The notes under the pieces were generated by a model. That model worked only from the letters and a program-made list of their open reading frames with translations, was not told where the DNA came from and did not search any database. A program made the translations under genes and the position numbers. A stretch of 43,084 nucleotides of DNA from Anaerolineae bacterium (lineage in GTDB: Bacteria > Chloroflexota > Anaerolineae > Promineifilales > Promineifilaceae): assembly GCA_032260445.1 (NCBI GenBank), contig JAVVFG010000002.1, forward strand, positions 1 to 43,084, given 5' to 3'. Of this stretch, positions 26,092 to 35,489 are shown one piece after another (position 1 is the stretch's first letter; each line of letters opens with the position of its first letter).

Positions 26092-28563
26092 CTAGGCGCT
26101 GATTTCCTCGTTTTCTTCCACCGGAACCGGCTCGGCCGGCTCTAACCGGGTAAAGCTCAGCTCGTTGCCGTCGACGTCGATCAGGATGTGGTCGCCCTTC
26201 TCGAAGTCGCCCTTAAGCAGGCGGACGGAGAGCGGGCTTTCGACGAAACGCTGCAGGGCACGCTTGAGCGGCCGGGCGCCGAAGTCTTCGTCGAAGCCTT
26301 CGTCTGCCAGCCATTCTTTCGCCGCCTGGGTGAGCTGGATGCGCAGACCGTGTTCGCCAAGGCGCGCGCCTACTTCTGTCATCTGGAGGTCGACAATGGC
26401 AATAACATCTTCACGGCTGAGCGGCTCGAAGATGATGATCTCGTCGATGCGGTTGATGAACTCGGGCCGGAAGGTCTTCTTCAGTTCTTCCTCGATGCGC
26501 TTACGGCTCTCTTCTTCCTCCGAGTCACGCAGGCCGGCGAAACCAAGGCCAGCGGTGCGGTGGACGAAGCTGGTGCCGACGTTGCTGGTCATGACGATGA
26601 CGGCGTTGCGGAAGTTGACCGTGCGGCCCTGGCCGTCGGTGAGGCGCCCGTCGTCGAGGATTTGCAGCAAGGCATTCCAGACGTCGGGGTGTGCCTTTTC
26701 GATCTCGTCGAAGAGCACCAGGCTGTAGGGACGGCGCCGCACCTGTTCGGTGAGCTGCCCGCCCTGGTCGTAACCGACATAACCGGGCGGCGCGCCGAAG
26801 AGGCGGCTAACGGTATGCTGTTCGCGGTATTCGCTCATGTCGACGCGAATGAGGGCGTCCTCGTCGTCGAACAGAAACTGGGCCAAGGCGCGGGCCAACT
26901 CGGTCTTTCCGACGCCGCTGCTGCCGAGGAAGATGAAGGAACCAATCGGCCGGCGCGGGTCGCTGAGGCCGGAGCGGCTACGGCGGATGGCATCGGCCAG
27001 GGCGGCGATCGCCTTGTCCTGCCCGACGATGCGCTCGTGCAGCCGCTGCTCCATGTCGAGCAGCTTGGCGGCTTCGGTCTCCATCATCTGTGTAACCGGG
27101 ATGCCGGTCCAGGAGGCGACAACCTCGGCGATGTCATCTTCGTCGACGATTTCGTCGAGCTTCTGCTCGGAGCGCCACTGATCGCGCGCGGAGGAAAACT
27201 CGGCGTCGAGGCGCATGCGCTCGGCGCGCATGTTAGCGGCGCGCTCGTAGTCGCGCACGGTGTGAGCTTCTTCCTCCTCGGCGGCGATCTGGTCGAGCTG
27301 AATCTTGGCCTCTTTCAGATCCGCGGGTAGGGTGTGCAGGGCCACGCGCAGCTTAGCCGCAGCCTCGTCCATGAGGTCGATGGCCTTGTCGGGAAGCTGG
27401 CGGTCGGTGACGTAGCGCGCGGAGAGCCGGGCTGCGGCTTCCAGGGCAGCGTCCGAGTAGTGGACGCGGTGGTGGGCCTCGTAACGCTCGCGCAGGCCGT
27501 GCAGCATGTCGATGGTCTCTTCGACGGTTGGCTCGTCGACGAAGACGGGTGCGAACCGGCGCTCGAGGGCGCTGTCGCGCTCGATGTGCTGGCGGTACTC
27601 ATCCAGGGTGGTCGCGCCGACGCACTGCAGCTCGCCGCGGGCGAGGGCCGGCTTGAGCATGTTGCTGGCATCCATCGCGCCCTGGGCGGCGCCGGCGCCG
27701 ACGACGGTATGGAGCTCGTCGATGAAGAGAATGATCTCGCCCTGGGCGCTCTCAATCTCTTCCATGACGGCCTTGAGGCGCTCTTCGAACTCACCGCGGA
27801 AGCGGCTGCCGGCAATCATCGCGCCCAGATCGAGCGAGATGACGCGGCGGTTGAGAAGGTTCTCGGGCACATCGTTGTCGATGATCTTCTGCGCCAGCCC
27901 TTCGACGATGGCCGTCTTGCCAACGCCGGCTTCGCCGATGAGCACCGGGTTGTTCTTGGTACGGCGGCTGAGCACCTGGATAAGGCGCATGATTTCGCCA
28001 TCACGGCCGATGACCGGGTCGAGCTTGCCATCGCGGGCCAGCCTGGTGAGGTCGCGGCTGTATTTGTCGAGCGTGCGGTAGCGGCTTTCGGCCTGGCGGT
28101 CGGTGACGCGCTTGCCGCCGCGCAGGTAAAGGATGGCGTCCATGACGCGCTCGCGCGTGATACCAAACTCCTGCAAAATGCGTGCGGACGGCGTGTTACG
28201 CTCGCTCAGAATGGCGAGGAAGATATGTTCGGTGGAAATGAATTCGTCCTTGAGGCGGCTGGCTTCGCCCTGGGCCAACTCGAGGACGGTACGGATACGC
28301 GGCGTGTAGAAGATCTGGCCAACCCCGCCGCCGTAGACGGAAACCTTAGGGCTGCCCCGCAGCTCTTCGTCGAGACGCGCTTCCAGCTGCGGCTCGTCAA
28401 CGCTGACATTGTCCAGAATCTGGGATACGACGCCGTCTCTCTGCTCAAGCAGGGCCAGGAACATATGCTCGGTATCTACCTGCGTATGCCCGTAGCGCTG
28501 CACGATGTCATAGGCTCGTGCGGCGGCATCCTGGGCCCGCTCTGTGAATCTGTCGAATCGCAT
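26092..28563 (-). CDS. clpC: ATP-dependent Clp protease ATP-binding subunit ClpC (class I Hsp100)
   Basis: Clp_N repeats ([11 protein letters not shown]...), two AAA+ modules ([16 protein letters not shown]) and a short UVR-like linker ([19 protein letters not shown]) rather than the long ClpB M-domain. A GLGF loop is compatible with ClpP docking. The start at 28563 has a GAGGG RBS. Confidence 0.88.
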   Translation of the reverse strand: MRFDRFTERAQDAAARAYDIVQRYGHTQVDTEHMFLALLEQRDGVVSQILDNVSVDEPQLEARLDEELRGSPKVSVYGGGVGQIFYTPRIRTVLELAQGEASRLKDEFISTEHIFLAILSERNTPSARILQEFGITRERVMDAILYLRGGKRVTDRQAESRYRTLDKYSRDLTRLARDGKLDPVIGRDGEIMRLIQVLSRRTKNNPVLIGEAGVGKTAIVEGLAQKIIDNDVPENLLNRRVISLDLGAMIAGSRFRGEFEERLKAVMEEIESAQGEIILFIDELHTVVGAGAAQGAMDASNMLKPALARGELQCVGATTLDEYRQHIERDSALERRFAPVFVDEPTVEETIDMLHGLRERYEAHHRVHYSDAALEAAARLSARYVTDRQLPDKAIDLMDEAAAKLRVALHTLPADLKEAKIQLDQIAAEEEEAHTVRDYERAANMRAERMRLDAEFSSARDQWRSEQKLDEIVDEDDIAEVVASWTGIPVTQMMETEAAKLLDMEQRLHERIVGQDKAIAALADAIRRSRSGLSDPRRPIGSFIFLGSSGVGKTELARALAQFLFDDEDALIRVDMSEYREQHTVSRLFGAPPGYVGYDQGGQLTEQVRRRPYSLVLFDEIEKAHPDVWNALLQILDDGRLTDGQGRTVNFRNAVIVMTSNVGTSFVHRTAGLGFAGLRDSEEEESRKRIEEELKKTFRPEFINRIDEIIIFEPLSREDVIAIVDLQMTEVGARLGEHGLRIQLTQAAKEWLADEGFDEDFGARPLKRALQRFVESPLSVRLLKGDFEKGDHILIDVDGNELSFTRLEPAEPVPVEENEEISA

Positions 28564-28708
28564 CTTTATCCCTCGTTTTTGCGGCAAGCGCCTGAGCGCA
28601 GCCGTTTCATGGCAAAGAAGAAAGGGATTGCCGAAGAGAGACCGCGACACCGGCCGCAGCCCTGAGCCTCATCCAATCGTCTTTCTCATCTTACTACGTT
28701 TCTTGAAC

Positions 28709-28725
28709 TAATCATAGTGATTATA
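28709..28725 (-). promoter_or_regulatory. TATAAT -10 element overlapped by the palindrome TAATCA-cta-TGATTA upstream of clpC (candidate operator)
   Basis: The minus strand reads cgtcTATAATCACTATGATTAgtt. The -10 is at 28720-28725 and the inverted repeat is at 28709-28723. No good -35 was seen. Confidence 0.3.
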
Positions 28726-28770
28726 GACGAGAGAGGTAGGATTCCTGTAAGAAGTCAGGCTAAGGGTAGA

Positions 28771-29193
28771 TTAGAGGACGCGGATGCCTTCATCGTCAAA
28801 ACCATCGCCCCAGGCGAGAATGCGCTGCGGGGTTACTTCGACGAGACGCCAGTCCATGGTATCGTCGTAGCGAAAGTCCCATTCGTACTTGTTGTAGAAG
28901 TACTCGGCCAACTCTTCGGTACGCGCACGGCCGACACTGTGCGCTTCACCCTCAACGACGAGGACACTACCGGTGTCGGGCAAGGCGAGGGAAACGTTCT
29001 GGTTGTGGTGGAGGTTGAGGAATTTACGGGTCTCGCTGCCGGTGGCGAAGTAGAGTCTGTCGTCGAGCCAGACGAACCAGACGGGCGTGAGGTGGGGACG
29101 GCCATCGGGCCGCACGGTAGCGATCCAGATAGTGAGCTCGCGGCCGAGACGTGCTGTAATGGCCCGCCAGCGCTCGTTATTGCGTCGCCTCAC
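28771..29193 (-). CDS. pyridoxamine 5'-phosphate oxidase-like FMN/F420-binding family protein
   Basis: 140 aa containing ...IWIATVRPDGRPHLTPVWFVWLDDRLYFATGSETRKFLNL... GTG start with a GGAGGG RBS. Confidence 0.75.
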   Translation of the reverse strand: MRRRNNERWRAITARLGRELTIWIATVRPDGRPHLTPVWFVWLDDRLYFATGSETRKFLNLHHNQNVSLALPDTGSVLVVEGEAHSVGRARTEELAEYFYNKYEWDFRYDDTMDWRLVEVTPQRILAWGDGFDDEGIRVL

Positions 29194-29214
29194 GGATAAC
29201 CCTCCTGCGGCGGA

Positions 29215-30075
29215 TTATACTGTATCGGGGGAGGCGATGGTAGCCGCCGGAGCAGCGGAGAGCGCGCCGCCATGCCAATGGACGCCGCGTACGGCAACGG
29301 GCTGGTCGAGGAGGCGGGCGGCGAGGCGGGCGAAGCGCACCGGGTCGCCGCTGGTAAGCATCATCAGCCGGCCGCGCCCGGCACGCGCGGTTGCCAGGCG
29401 GTGGTGGAGAAGGAGCCACTGCGCCTGCCTGGCCACGGCGGGGGCGGGGTCGATGAGGGTCACATCGGGGCCCGCGAGGCGGGCAATGAGGGGGAGGATG
29501 AAGGGGTAGTGGGTGCAACCCAGGACGATAGTATCGACGCCCGCGGCGAGCATGGGAGCGAGGCAGCTGCGGACGAGCGTTTCGGTCTCGTCGTCGTCGA
29601 GCCGGCCGGCCTCGACGAGGGGGACGAGGCCGCGGCACGGATCTTCGTAGAGGTGGACGTCGCTGGTGTAGCGGGCCATGAGATCAGCGTAGCGCTGGCT
29701 CTCAAAGGTGCCGGCGGTGGCCAGCACGCCAACGCGACCGGTGCGTGTCTCGCGAGCGCCGGGCTTGACTGCGGGCTCCATGCCGACGAAAGGAACCTGC
29801 GGGAAGGTCTCGCGCAGCGTGGTGAGCGCGGCGGCGGTGGCGGTATTGCAGGCGACGACGATCAGCCGGGCACCCTGGGCGAGGAAGAAGCGGGTGATGC
29901 CTTCAGCGAAGGCGCGCACCTCGCGGGCCGGGCGCGGGCCGTAGGGGACGTGTGCCTGGTCGGCGAGGTAGAGGAGGTTTTCGCGCGGCAGACGCATGGC
30001 GATGTGGCACAAGACGGAAAGGCCGCCGACGCCAGAGTCGAAGATAGCGATAGGGCCGTTAGCAGGGCGGTCCAT
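29215..30075 (-). CDS. murI: glutamate racemase
   Basis: Motifs are IAIFDSGVGGLSV, VVACNTATA and LGCTHYPF. The ATG at 30075 (MDRPANGPIAIF) lies 5 nt after the upstream stop and is preferred over the track start at 30162. Confidence 0.9.
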   Translation of the reverse strand: MDRPANGPIAIFDSGVGGLSVLCHIAMRLPRENLLYLADQAHVPYGPRPAREVRAFAEGITRFFLAQGARLIVVACNTATAAALTTLRETFPQVPFVGMEPAVKPGARETRTGRVGVLATAGTFESQRYADLMARYTSDVHLYEDPCRGLVPLVEAGRLDDDETETLVRSCLAPMLAAGVDTIVLGCTHYPFILPLIARLAGPDVTLIDPAPAVARQAQWLLLHHRLATARAGRGRLMMLTSGDPVRFARLAARLLDQPVAVRGVHWHGGALSAAPAATIASPDTV

Positions 30076-30080
30076 TCCAG

Positions 30081-30821
30081 TCAGCCGCCCGCCGCCTGGA
30101 CGAAGCCGCGGAACAGGCGGCGCATGAGCGGGACGCGCTCGAGCATTGCTTCGGGGTGCCATTGCACGGCGAGGGCAAAGGGATGGTCGCGCAACTCGAC
30201 AGCCTCGATCAGGCCATCGGGGGCGGTGGCGACGGTGGTCAGGCCGGTGGCGAGTCGGCGGATGCCCTGGTGGTGGAGGCTATTAACAGGGATCGGGTCG
30301 CTGGTCTGGAGGACGCCGGCGAGGCAGGAACCGGGCGCGACGGTGACGTCGTGGGCCAGGTAGTCGCGCTCGTTGCGGCTGTTGTAGTCATGGACGATGG
30401 CGCCAGGCATTGATTGGTAGATGTCCTCCCAGAGGGAGCCGCCGAGGGCGACGTTGACGACCTGGATGCCGCGGCAGATGGCGAGCAGGGGGACGTCGTT
30501 GGCAGCGGCGTAGCGGGCGAGCCAGAGCTCCAGGGCGTCACGGTCGGGGTCGATGCTGCGCACTGTCTGGTCACTTTCGTCGCCGCCGTACTCGGCAGGG
30601 GCGATGTCGCCGCCGCCGGGGAGCAAGATGCCGTCGAGGCGCTGCACGAGGGCGAGGAGCTCGTCTGCGGTGAGGCCGAGCGGAATGAGCATGGGGAGCC
30701 CACCTGCCGCCCCGACTGCTTCGGTGTAAGTGGACATCAGGCCGAACATGTCGATGGGCTGCGTATCACCGAGAGTGCGGCGATAGGTCGAGCAGCCGAT
30801 GAGGGGACGTGTGCGCGTCAT
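30081..30821 (-). CDS. class I glutamine amidotransferase-like, peptidase C26 (gamma-glutamyl-GABA hydrolase PuuD-like) family
   Basis: Catalytic Cys motif LAICRGIQVVNVALGG and His motif LHHQGI. The start at 30821 (MTRTRPLIG) is preferred because the longer start would run into the rplS terminator. Confidence 0.8.
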   Translation of the reverse strand: MTRTRPLIGCSTYRRTLGDTQPIDMFGLMSTYTEAVGAAGGLPMLIPLGLTADELLALVQRLDGILLPGGGDIAPAEYGGDESDQTVRSIDPDRDALELWLARYAAANDVPLLAICRGIQVVNVALGGSLWEDIYQSMPGAIVHDYNSRNERDYLAHDVTVAPGSCLAGVLQTSDPIPVNSLHHQGIRRLATGLTTVATAPDGLIEAVELRDHPFALAVQWHPEAMLERVPLMRRLFRGFVQAAGG

Positions 30822-30870
30822 GCAACTCTCCACTGCAGGATGTGGTGGGCCGGATGATAACGAGGCCAGC

Positions 30871-30912
30871 AGCAAACAGCAAAAAGCAAGCAGCGCGTGC
30901 TTCGCTGCTTGC
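30871..30912 (-). terminator. intrinsic terminator downstream of rplS
   Basis: On the minus strand, GCAAGCAGCG-aagcacg-CGCTGCTTGC is followed by TTTTTGCTGTTTGC. Confidence 0.8.
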
Positions 30913-30980
30913 TCGTGCAGAACGTGGTTATCTCTAGCGCGGCGCGGCGATAAAGGAGGACCCCGGCCGGCGAATGGCGA

Positions 30981-31331
30981 TTAGTAGCGCTTTTCGCGCA
31001 GGCGCGCAGCCTTGCCGGTACGCTCGCGCAGGTAGTAGAGCTTGGCGCGGCGCACGTGGGCGTGGCGGTGCACTTCGATCTTGTCGATGAGCGGCGATCG
31101 GATGAGGAAGCTGCGCTCGACCCCAATGCCGTTGGCGGCGATACGGCGCACGGTGAAGCTTTTCTGGTTGCCACTGCCCTGCGTGCGGATGACAGTGCCG
31201 CGCACGAGCTGGACGCGCTGGCGGTTGCCTTCAACAATACGCAGATGGACGGTGATGTCATCGCCGGTGCGCAGGTCGGGGACATTCTCGTTGTCAGGCG
31301 CGTCGAATGCCTTCAGCAATAAATCGGACAT
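30981..31331 (-). CDS. rplS: 50S ribosomal protein L19
   Basis: 116 aa from MSDLLLKAF..., containing GDDITVHLRIVEGNRQRVQLVRGTVIRTQGSGNQKSFTVRRI...GVERSF. A GGAGGG RBS precedes the start. Confidence 0.93.
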   Translation of the reverse strand: MSDLLLKAFDAPDNENVPDLRTGDDITVHLRIVEGNRQRVQLVRGTVIRTQGSGNQKSFTVRRIAANGIGVERSFLIRSPLIDKIEVHRHAHVRRAKLYYLRERTGKAARLREKRY

Positions 31332-31413
31332 GAGGAGACCCTCCGCATTGTAAAGCGAGACATTCAAATGCAAGGAAGCGTAGGCGCGGCATTCGAATGC
31401 CCGAAATCCAAGT

Positions 31414-31442
31414 ACAAAAAGATAGCCCGCACGGCAGCGGGC
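31414..31442 (-). terminator. terminator-like hairpin at the 5' end of the rplS leader (GCCCGC-ugccgu-GCGGGC followed by UAUCUUUUUGU)
   Basis: The stem is at 31425-31442, and the U-tract corresponds to 31414-31424. It begins a few nt after the predicted TSS. Confidence 0.45.
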
Positions 31443-31451
31443 CAGAGAAGG

Positions 31452-31480
31452 ACTATAGCACAGTTACCGGCGGGTCGCAA
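31452..31480 (-). promoter_or_regulatory. candidate rplS promoter (TTGCGA - 17 nt - TGcTATAGT extended -10)
   Basis: -35 at 31475-31480 and -10 at 31452-31457 on the minus strand. Confidence 0.5.
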
Positions 31481-31525
31481 CTTAGAATTCCAGCCGTGTG
31501 CGCGCCTCTAAGGTAAAATACAGGC

Positions 31526-33826
31526 ATGGCAGCAGATTACGAGAGCCAGATCAGCGGCTCGGTCGAACGTGTCACCTATTATAACGCGGAGAATGGCTAC
31601 TCGGTCCTCCGGTTGAAGCCGGATTCGCGCGGTATGCTGCGCTTCCCGTACGCGTCGGGGCGGGAAGCGTTGATCACGGTGGTGGGGAATCTGCCGGAGG
31701 TTAATCCAGGGGAGTGGCTGCGCTTGCGCGGGCGCTGGACGAGCCATAGCGAGTATGGGCGGCAGTTTCAGGTGGAGCATTGCGAGCAAACGCTGCCGGC
31801 GACGGTGGAGGGGATCAAGCGGTATCTGGGCTCGGGGATGATCCGCGGTGTGGGCAAGGTGATGGCCGAGCGCATCGTGGACCGGTTTGGCCAGGAGACG
31901 CTAGAGGTGATCGACGAGGATCCGGACCAGCTGCGCAAGATTATCGGCATTGGCCCGAAGCGAATCGGCGGCATCAAGAAGGCATGGCAGGAGCAGAAGG
32001 CGATCAAGGATGTGATGATCTTCCTGCAGTCGCATGGTGTCTCGACAGCGCTGGCGATCAAGATTTACAAGCGGTATGGCGATGAGGCGCTGCAGGTGGT
32101 GCGGACGGAGCCGTACCGGTTGGTGCAGGATGTATATGGCATTGGCTTTAAGACGGCGGACCAGATCGCGAAGGCGCTGGGGCTGGCGCATGATGACCCG
32201 GGCCGGATCGAGGCGGGGATTGCCTATACGTTGAACCGCATGGCGCAAGAGGGGCACGTCTATGTGCCGCAGGAGCAACTGGAGCCGGAAGCGGCGGAGA
32301 TACTGGGCGTGCCGGCAGAGAAGGTAACCGCGCTGCTGGAGACGTTGGAGAGCGAGGCGTTCATCAAGCGGGACACGATCCGGCGCGAGGGGGTACGCTA
32401 TGAGATTGGGCAGGAGCCCAAGCGGAAGCCCCAAGAGAGCCCGGCGCCGGAGACGGCGGTGCACGAGGAGCGCGCCGTCTATCTGACTCCCTTTTACTAC
32501 TCTGAGCTCGGGGTAACCAACCGGGTGCTGCGCATGGTGGAACATCCGACGAGCCGGCTGCAGCCGCTGCAGCAACGGCTGCGCCGGCAGAAGTGGCAGC
32601 CGGCAGCGCGGCCGGGGGTGAGCCTGGTGCCGCAGCAGGTGGAGGCGATCCACACGGCGGTGTTGAACAAGGTAACGATCCTCACCGGCGGGCCGGGTAC
32701 GGGGAAGACGACGACGCTGCGGGCGCTCCTGGATCTGCTTGACGAGGGCCGTCACACCTACGTGCTGGCGGCGCCGACCGGGCGGGCGGCGAAACGGTTG
32801 GCAGAGGCGAGCGGGCGCGAGGCGAAGACGATCCACCGGCTGCTGGAGTTCAAGCCGGCCGAGGGGTTTGGGCGCAACGAGCATAACCCGGTCGACGCCG
32901 ACCTGGTGATCATCGACGAGGCGTCAATGCTCGACCTGGTACTGGCGAATACGCTGCTAAAGGCAATTGGGGCGAATAGCCACCTGCTGCTGGTGGGCGA
33001 CGTGGACCAGCTGCCGTCTGTGGGTGCCGGGGACGTGCTGCGTGACCTGATTGCCAGCGGAGTGACGGCGGTGGTAAGGCTGCAGACGATTTTCCGGCAG
33101 GCGGCGAACAGCCTGATCGTGCAAAATGCGCACCGCATTAACCAGGGGCAGATGCCGCTGACGCCACGGGACGCGCGGGATTTTTTTCTGTTCGTAAAGC
33201 CGGACCCGGGTGAGCTGGCCGATTTGCTCGTAGACGTGGTGAAGAACCGCATCCCGCACAAATTCCGGCTGAACGCCGTGAATGACGTACAGGTGCTGAG
33301 CCCGATGTACCGGGGGCGGACGGGGGTGAACAGCCTCAACGAGCAGCTGCAGGCGGCACTTAATCCGCCGCGATCGGGTAAGGCAGAGCGGCGGTTGGCC
33401 GGGCGTGTCTTCCGCGTGGGCGACAAGGTGATGCAGACGGTTAATAACTACGATAAGAATGTCTACAATGGCGACATCGGCCGGATCACGACGATGGATC
33501 TGGTGGCGCAGACGATGACGGTGAGTATCGACGGGGAGCCGGTCGTCTATGATTTCCTGGAGACCGACGAACTGGAGCTAGCGTATGCGATCAGCGTGCA
33601 CAAGAGCCAGGGTGCAGAGTACCCGTGCGTGGTGATGCCGGTGATCACCCAGCATTACATGATGCTGCAGCGCAACTTGCTGTACACGGCGGTGACGCGG
33701 GCGAAGCAGCTTGTGGTATTGTTAGGTACGCGGCGTGCCCTGGGCATCGCGGTGCGTAATAATCGCATTTCTGAGCGACACACGGCGCTGGATTGGCGTC
33801 TGCAGGAGGAGAGATGGCAGAACTGA
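31526..33826 (+). CDS. recD2: RecD2-type SF1 ATP-dependent DNA helicase
   Basis: 766 aa. The N-terminal OB/HhH region ([21 protein letters not shown]) is followed by Walker [10 protein letters not shown], Walker [10 protein letters not shown] and the C-terminal [13 protein letters not shown]. Confidence 0.9.
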   Translation: MAADYESQISGSVERVTYYNAENGYSVLRLKPDSRGMLRFPYASGREALITVVGNLPEVNPGEWLRLRGRWTSHSEYGRQFQVEHCEQTLPATVEGIKRYLGSGMIRGVGKVMAERIVDRFGQETLEVIDEDPDQLRKIIGIGPKRIGGIKKAWQEQKAIKDVMIFLQSHGVSTALAIKIYKRYGDEALQVVRTEPYRLVQDVYGIGFKTADQIAKALGLAHDDPGRIEAGIAYTLNRMAQEGHVYVPQEQLEPEAAEILGVPAEKVTALLETLESEAFIKRDTIRREGVRYEIGQEPKRKPQESPAPETAVHEERAVYLTPFYYSELGVTNRVLRMVEHPTSRLQPLQQRLRRQKWQPAARPGVSLVPQQVEAIHTAVLNKVTILTGGPGTGKTTTLRALLDLLDEGRHTYVLAAPTGRAAKRLAEASGREAKTIHRLLEFKPAEGFGRNEHNPVDADLVIIDEASMLDLVLANTLLKAIGANSHLLLVGDVDQLPSVGAGDVLRDLIASGVTAVVRLQTIFRQAANSLIVQNAHRINQGQMPLTPRDARDFFLFVKPDPGELADLLVDVVKNRIPHKFRLNAVNDVQVLSPMYRGRTGVNSLNEQLQAALNPPRSGKAERRLAGRVFRVGDKVMQTVNNYDKNVYNGDIGRITTMDLVAQTMTVSIDGEPVVYDFLETDELELAYAISVHKSQGAEYPCVVMPVITQHYMMLQRNLLYTAVTRAKQLVVLLGTRRALGIAVRNNRISERHTALDWRLQEERWQN

Positions 33827-34398
33827 AGATCGTGGGGTTGGGCGGCTCGCTGCGGGCGAATTCGACCAGCCTGGGCGCGCTGAAGGTGGCGCTAGCGGGG
33901 GCAGCATCGTGCGGGGCGGCGACCGAGCTGCTAGACGTGCGCGCGCTTGACCTGCCGACGTACGTGCCGGGGATGAACGAGCGGCCAGCTATCGTGCAGC
34001 AGCTCAACGATACGATCTACGCCGCCGATGGCCTCATCTGGAGCAGCCCGCTGTACCACGGCACGGTCAGTGGCTCGTTTAAGAACGCGCTTGACTGGCT
34101 CAATCCACTGGGCAAGCGCGACCCGGCTTATCTGACAGGGAAAGTGGTCGGGTTGATCAGCACGGCAGGGGGCACGCAAGGGCTACAGGCAGTGAACACG
34201 ATGGAGTTCGTGGTACGGGCGCTGCGCGGTTGGGCGGTTCCGCTGGTCTTGCCGATCCCGCGGGCGGCCCGCTCATTTGACGACGAGGGCAACGTGAGCG
34301 ACGAGCAAGTGGAAGCGCAGCTGCTGACTTTAGGGCGTGAGGTTGCGCGGGCAGCCGGACAGATTGCCCACTCTGAGACATGTGATTACGCGGATTAG
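33814..34398 (+). CDS. NADPH-dependent FMN reductase family protein
   Basis: Contains [19 protein letters not shown]... and SSPLYHGTVSGSFKNALDW. The ATG at 33814 has a GGAGGAGAG RBS and overlaps the recD2 3' end by 13 nt. Confidence 0.85.
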   Translation: MAELKIVGLGGSLRANSTSLGALKVALAGAASCGAATELLDVRALDLPTYVPGMNERPAIVQQLNDTIYAADGLIWSSPLYHGTVSGSFKNALDWLNPLGKRDPAYLTGKVVGLISTAGGTQGLQAVNTMEFVVRALRGWAVPLVLPIPRAARSFDDEGNVSDEQVEAQLLTLGREVARAAGQIAHSETCDYAD

Positions 34399-34403
34399 CG
34401 AAG

Positions 34404-35117
34404 ATGGAAGTTCGTTTCGCCGTCGCCAAAATCAGCAAATATGCCACGCGCGAGAGCGGGGACACAGTTGAGATGATCGAACGGCCCCACGGGGGTCTCT
34501 CGTTGGTGATGGTAGATGGGCAGCGCAGCGGGCGCTCGGCGAAACGGATCAGCAACCTCGTAGCGCGCAAGGCGATCCAGCTATTGGCAGAAGGGGTGCG
34601 CGATGGGGCAGCAGCGCGCGCCGCGCATGACTATCTCTTCACCTACCGCGGCGGGAAGGTAAGCGCCACGCTGAACATTGTCAGCGTCGATGCCGTCACG
34701 CGGACGGTCGTCATCTCACGAAATAACCCGGCGTCTGTGCTCGTGCATACGCCGCAGCGAGGGCTTTTCTGCCTCGACGAGCCATCCGAATCGATCGGTG
34801 TCCGGCGCAACACGAAGCCGATTATCACCGAGATTCCCAGCGAAGTAGGGCCGCTCGTGGTGGCCTATACGGACGGCCTGCGGCACGCGGGCGGCTGGCA
34901 CAGCGAGGAGCAACTGGATCCATATCAGGTGACGAAGGGGCTGCTGGCGGAGGGGATTGCCGAGCCGCAGGAGATCGCCGACCGGTTACTGGCGCTTGCG
35001 GTGGAGTTGGACGACGGGCGACCGCGCGATGACATCACGGTACTTGTGATTGCGGTGATGGAACGGCGGCCCGGGAACGACGAGGTGCGGCGTCTCAGCG
35101 GGCGCTTTCCGCTCTAA
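34404..35117 (+). CDS. stand-alone SpoIIE/PP2C (PPM)-type protein phosphatase domain protein
   Basis: 237 aa with motifs RESGDTVE, AYTDGL and DDITVLVIAV, typical of SpoIIE/RsbU-like phosphatases. Confidence 0.75.
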   Translation: MEVRFAVAKISKYATRESGDTVEMIERPHGGLSLVMVDGQRSGRSAKRISNLVARKAIQLLAEGVRDGAAARAAHDYLFTYRGGKVSATLNIVSVDAVTRTVVISRNNPASVLVHTPQRGLFCLDEPSESIGVRRNTKPIITEIPSEVGPLVVAYTDGLRHAGGWHSEEQLDPYQVTKGLLAEGIAEPQEIADRLLALAVELDDGRPRDDITVLVIAVMERRPGNDEVRRLSGRFPL

Positions 35118-35120
35118 GCG

Positions 35121-35489
35121 ATGGACAAGGATCGATTACGTATTGCCGTCGTGGGGCCGTGTATGTCGGGGAAGAGCGAGCTGGTCAATGCCCTGCGCGC
35201 GGCCGGGTACACCGCGCACCACGTGGCGCAGGAACATTCCTACGTGGCGCATATGTGGCAGCATATGACGCAGCCGGACGTCTTAATCTATCTGGACGTG
35301 GACTATGAGGCGGTGCGGGCACGCCGGCCGCAGATCAGCTGGGGCCCGGAACGTTTGGTGGAGCAGGCGGGGCGCCTGGCGCATGCGCGCGCCCACTGCG
35401 ATCTGTATATCGACACAAGCGGGCTGAGTATCGAGGCGGTGCGGGCACAGGCGCTGCAGTTCCTGGTAGAACGAGAAGCGGCGGGTTAG
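35121..35489 (+). CDS. small P-loop NTPase (nucleotide-kinase-like), function unknown
   Basis: 122 aa with Walker A VVGPCMSGKS and a possible Walker B VLIYLDVD. The start lies 3 nt after the PP2C stop. Confidence 0.65.
   Translation: MDKDRLRIAVVGPCMSGKSELVNALRAAGYTAHHVAQEHSYVAHMWQHMTQPDVLIYLDVDYEAVRARRPQISWGPERLVEQAGRLAHARAHCDLYIDTSGLSIEAVRAQALQFLVEREAAG

Noticed and set aside
28564-28650. 29-codon N-terminal extension of clpC in the ORF track
   Set aside because: The Clp_N domain begins at [11 protein letters not shown] (the ATG at 28563, with a GAGGG RBS). The extension has no RBS and an atypical sequence.
26188-28665. 380-aa and 443-aa plus-strand ORFs opposite clpC
   Set aside because: They are antisense to a clear Hsp100 gene, and their translations are low-complexity (Gly/Ala/Val/Asp-rich).
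31500-31528. Leaderless recD2 transcript from a TAAAAT -10 element 6 nt upstream of the ATG
   Set aside because: No acceptable -35 or extended -10 is present, and the spacing argument alone is weak. It cannot be supported without TSS data.
35486-35489. Overlapping stop codons (TTAG) of the convergent P-loop and TPR genes as a regulatory feature
   Set aside because: This is a common compaction feature, and there is no hairpin or other signal at the junction.
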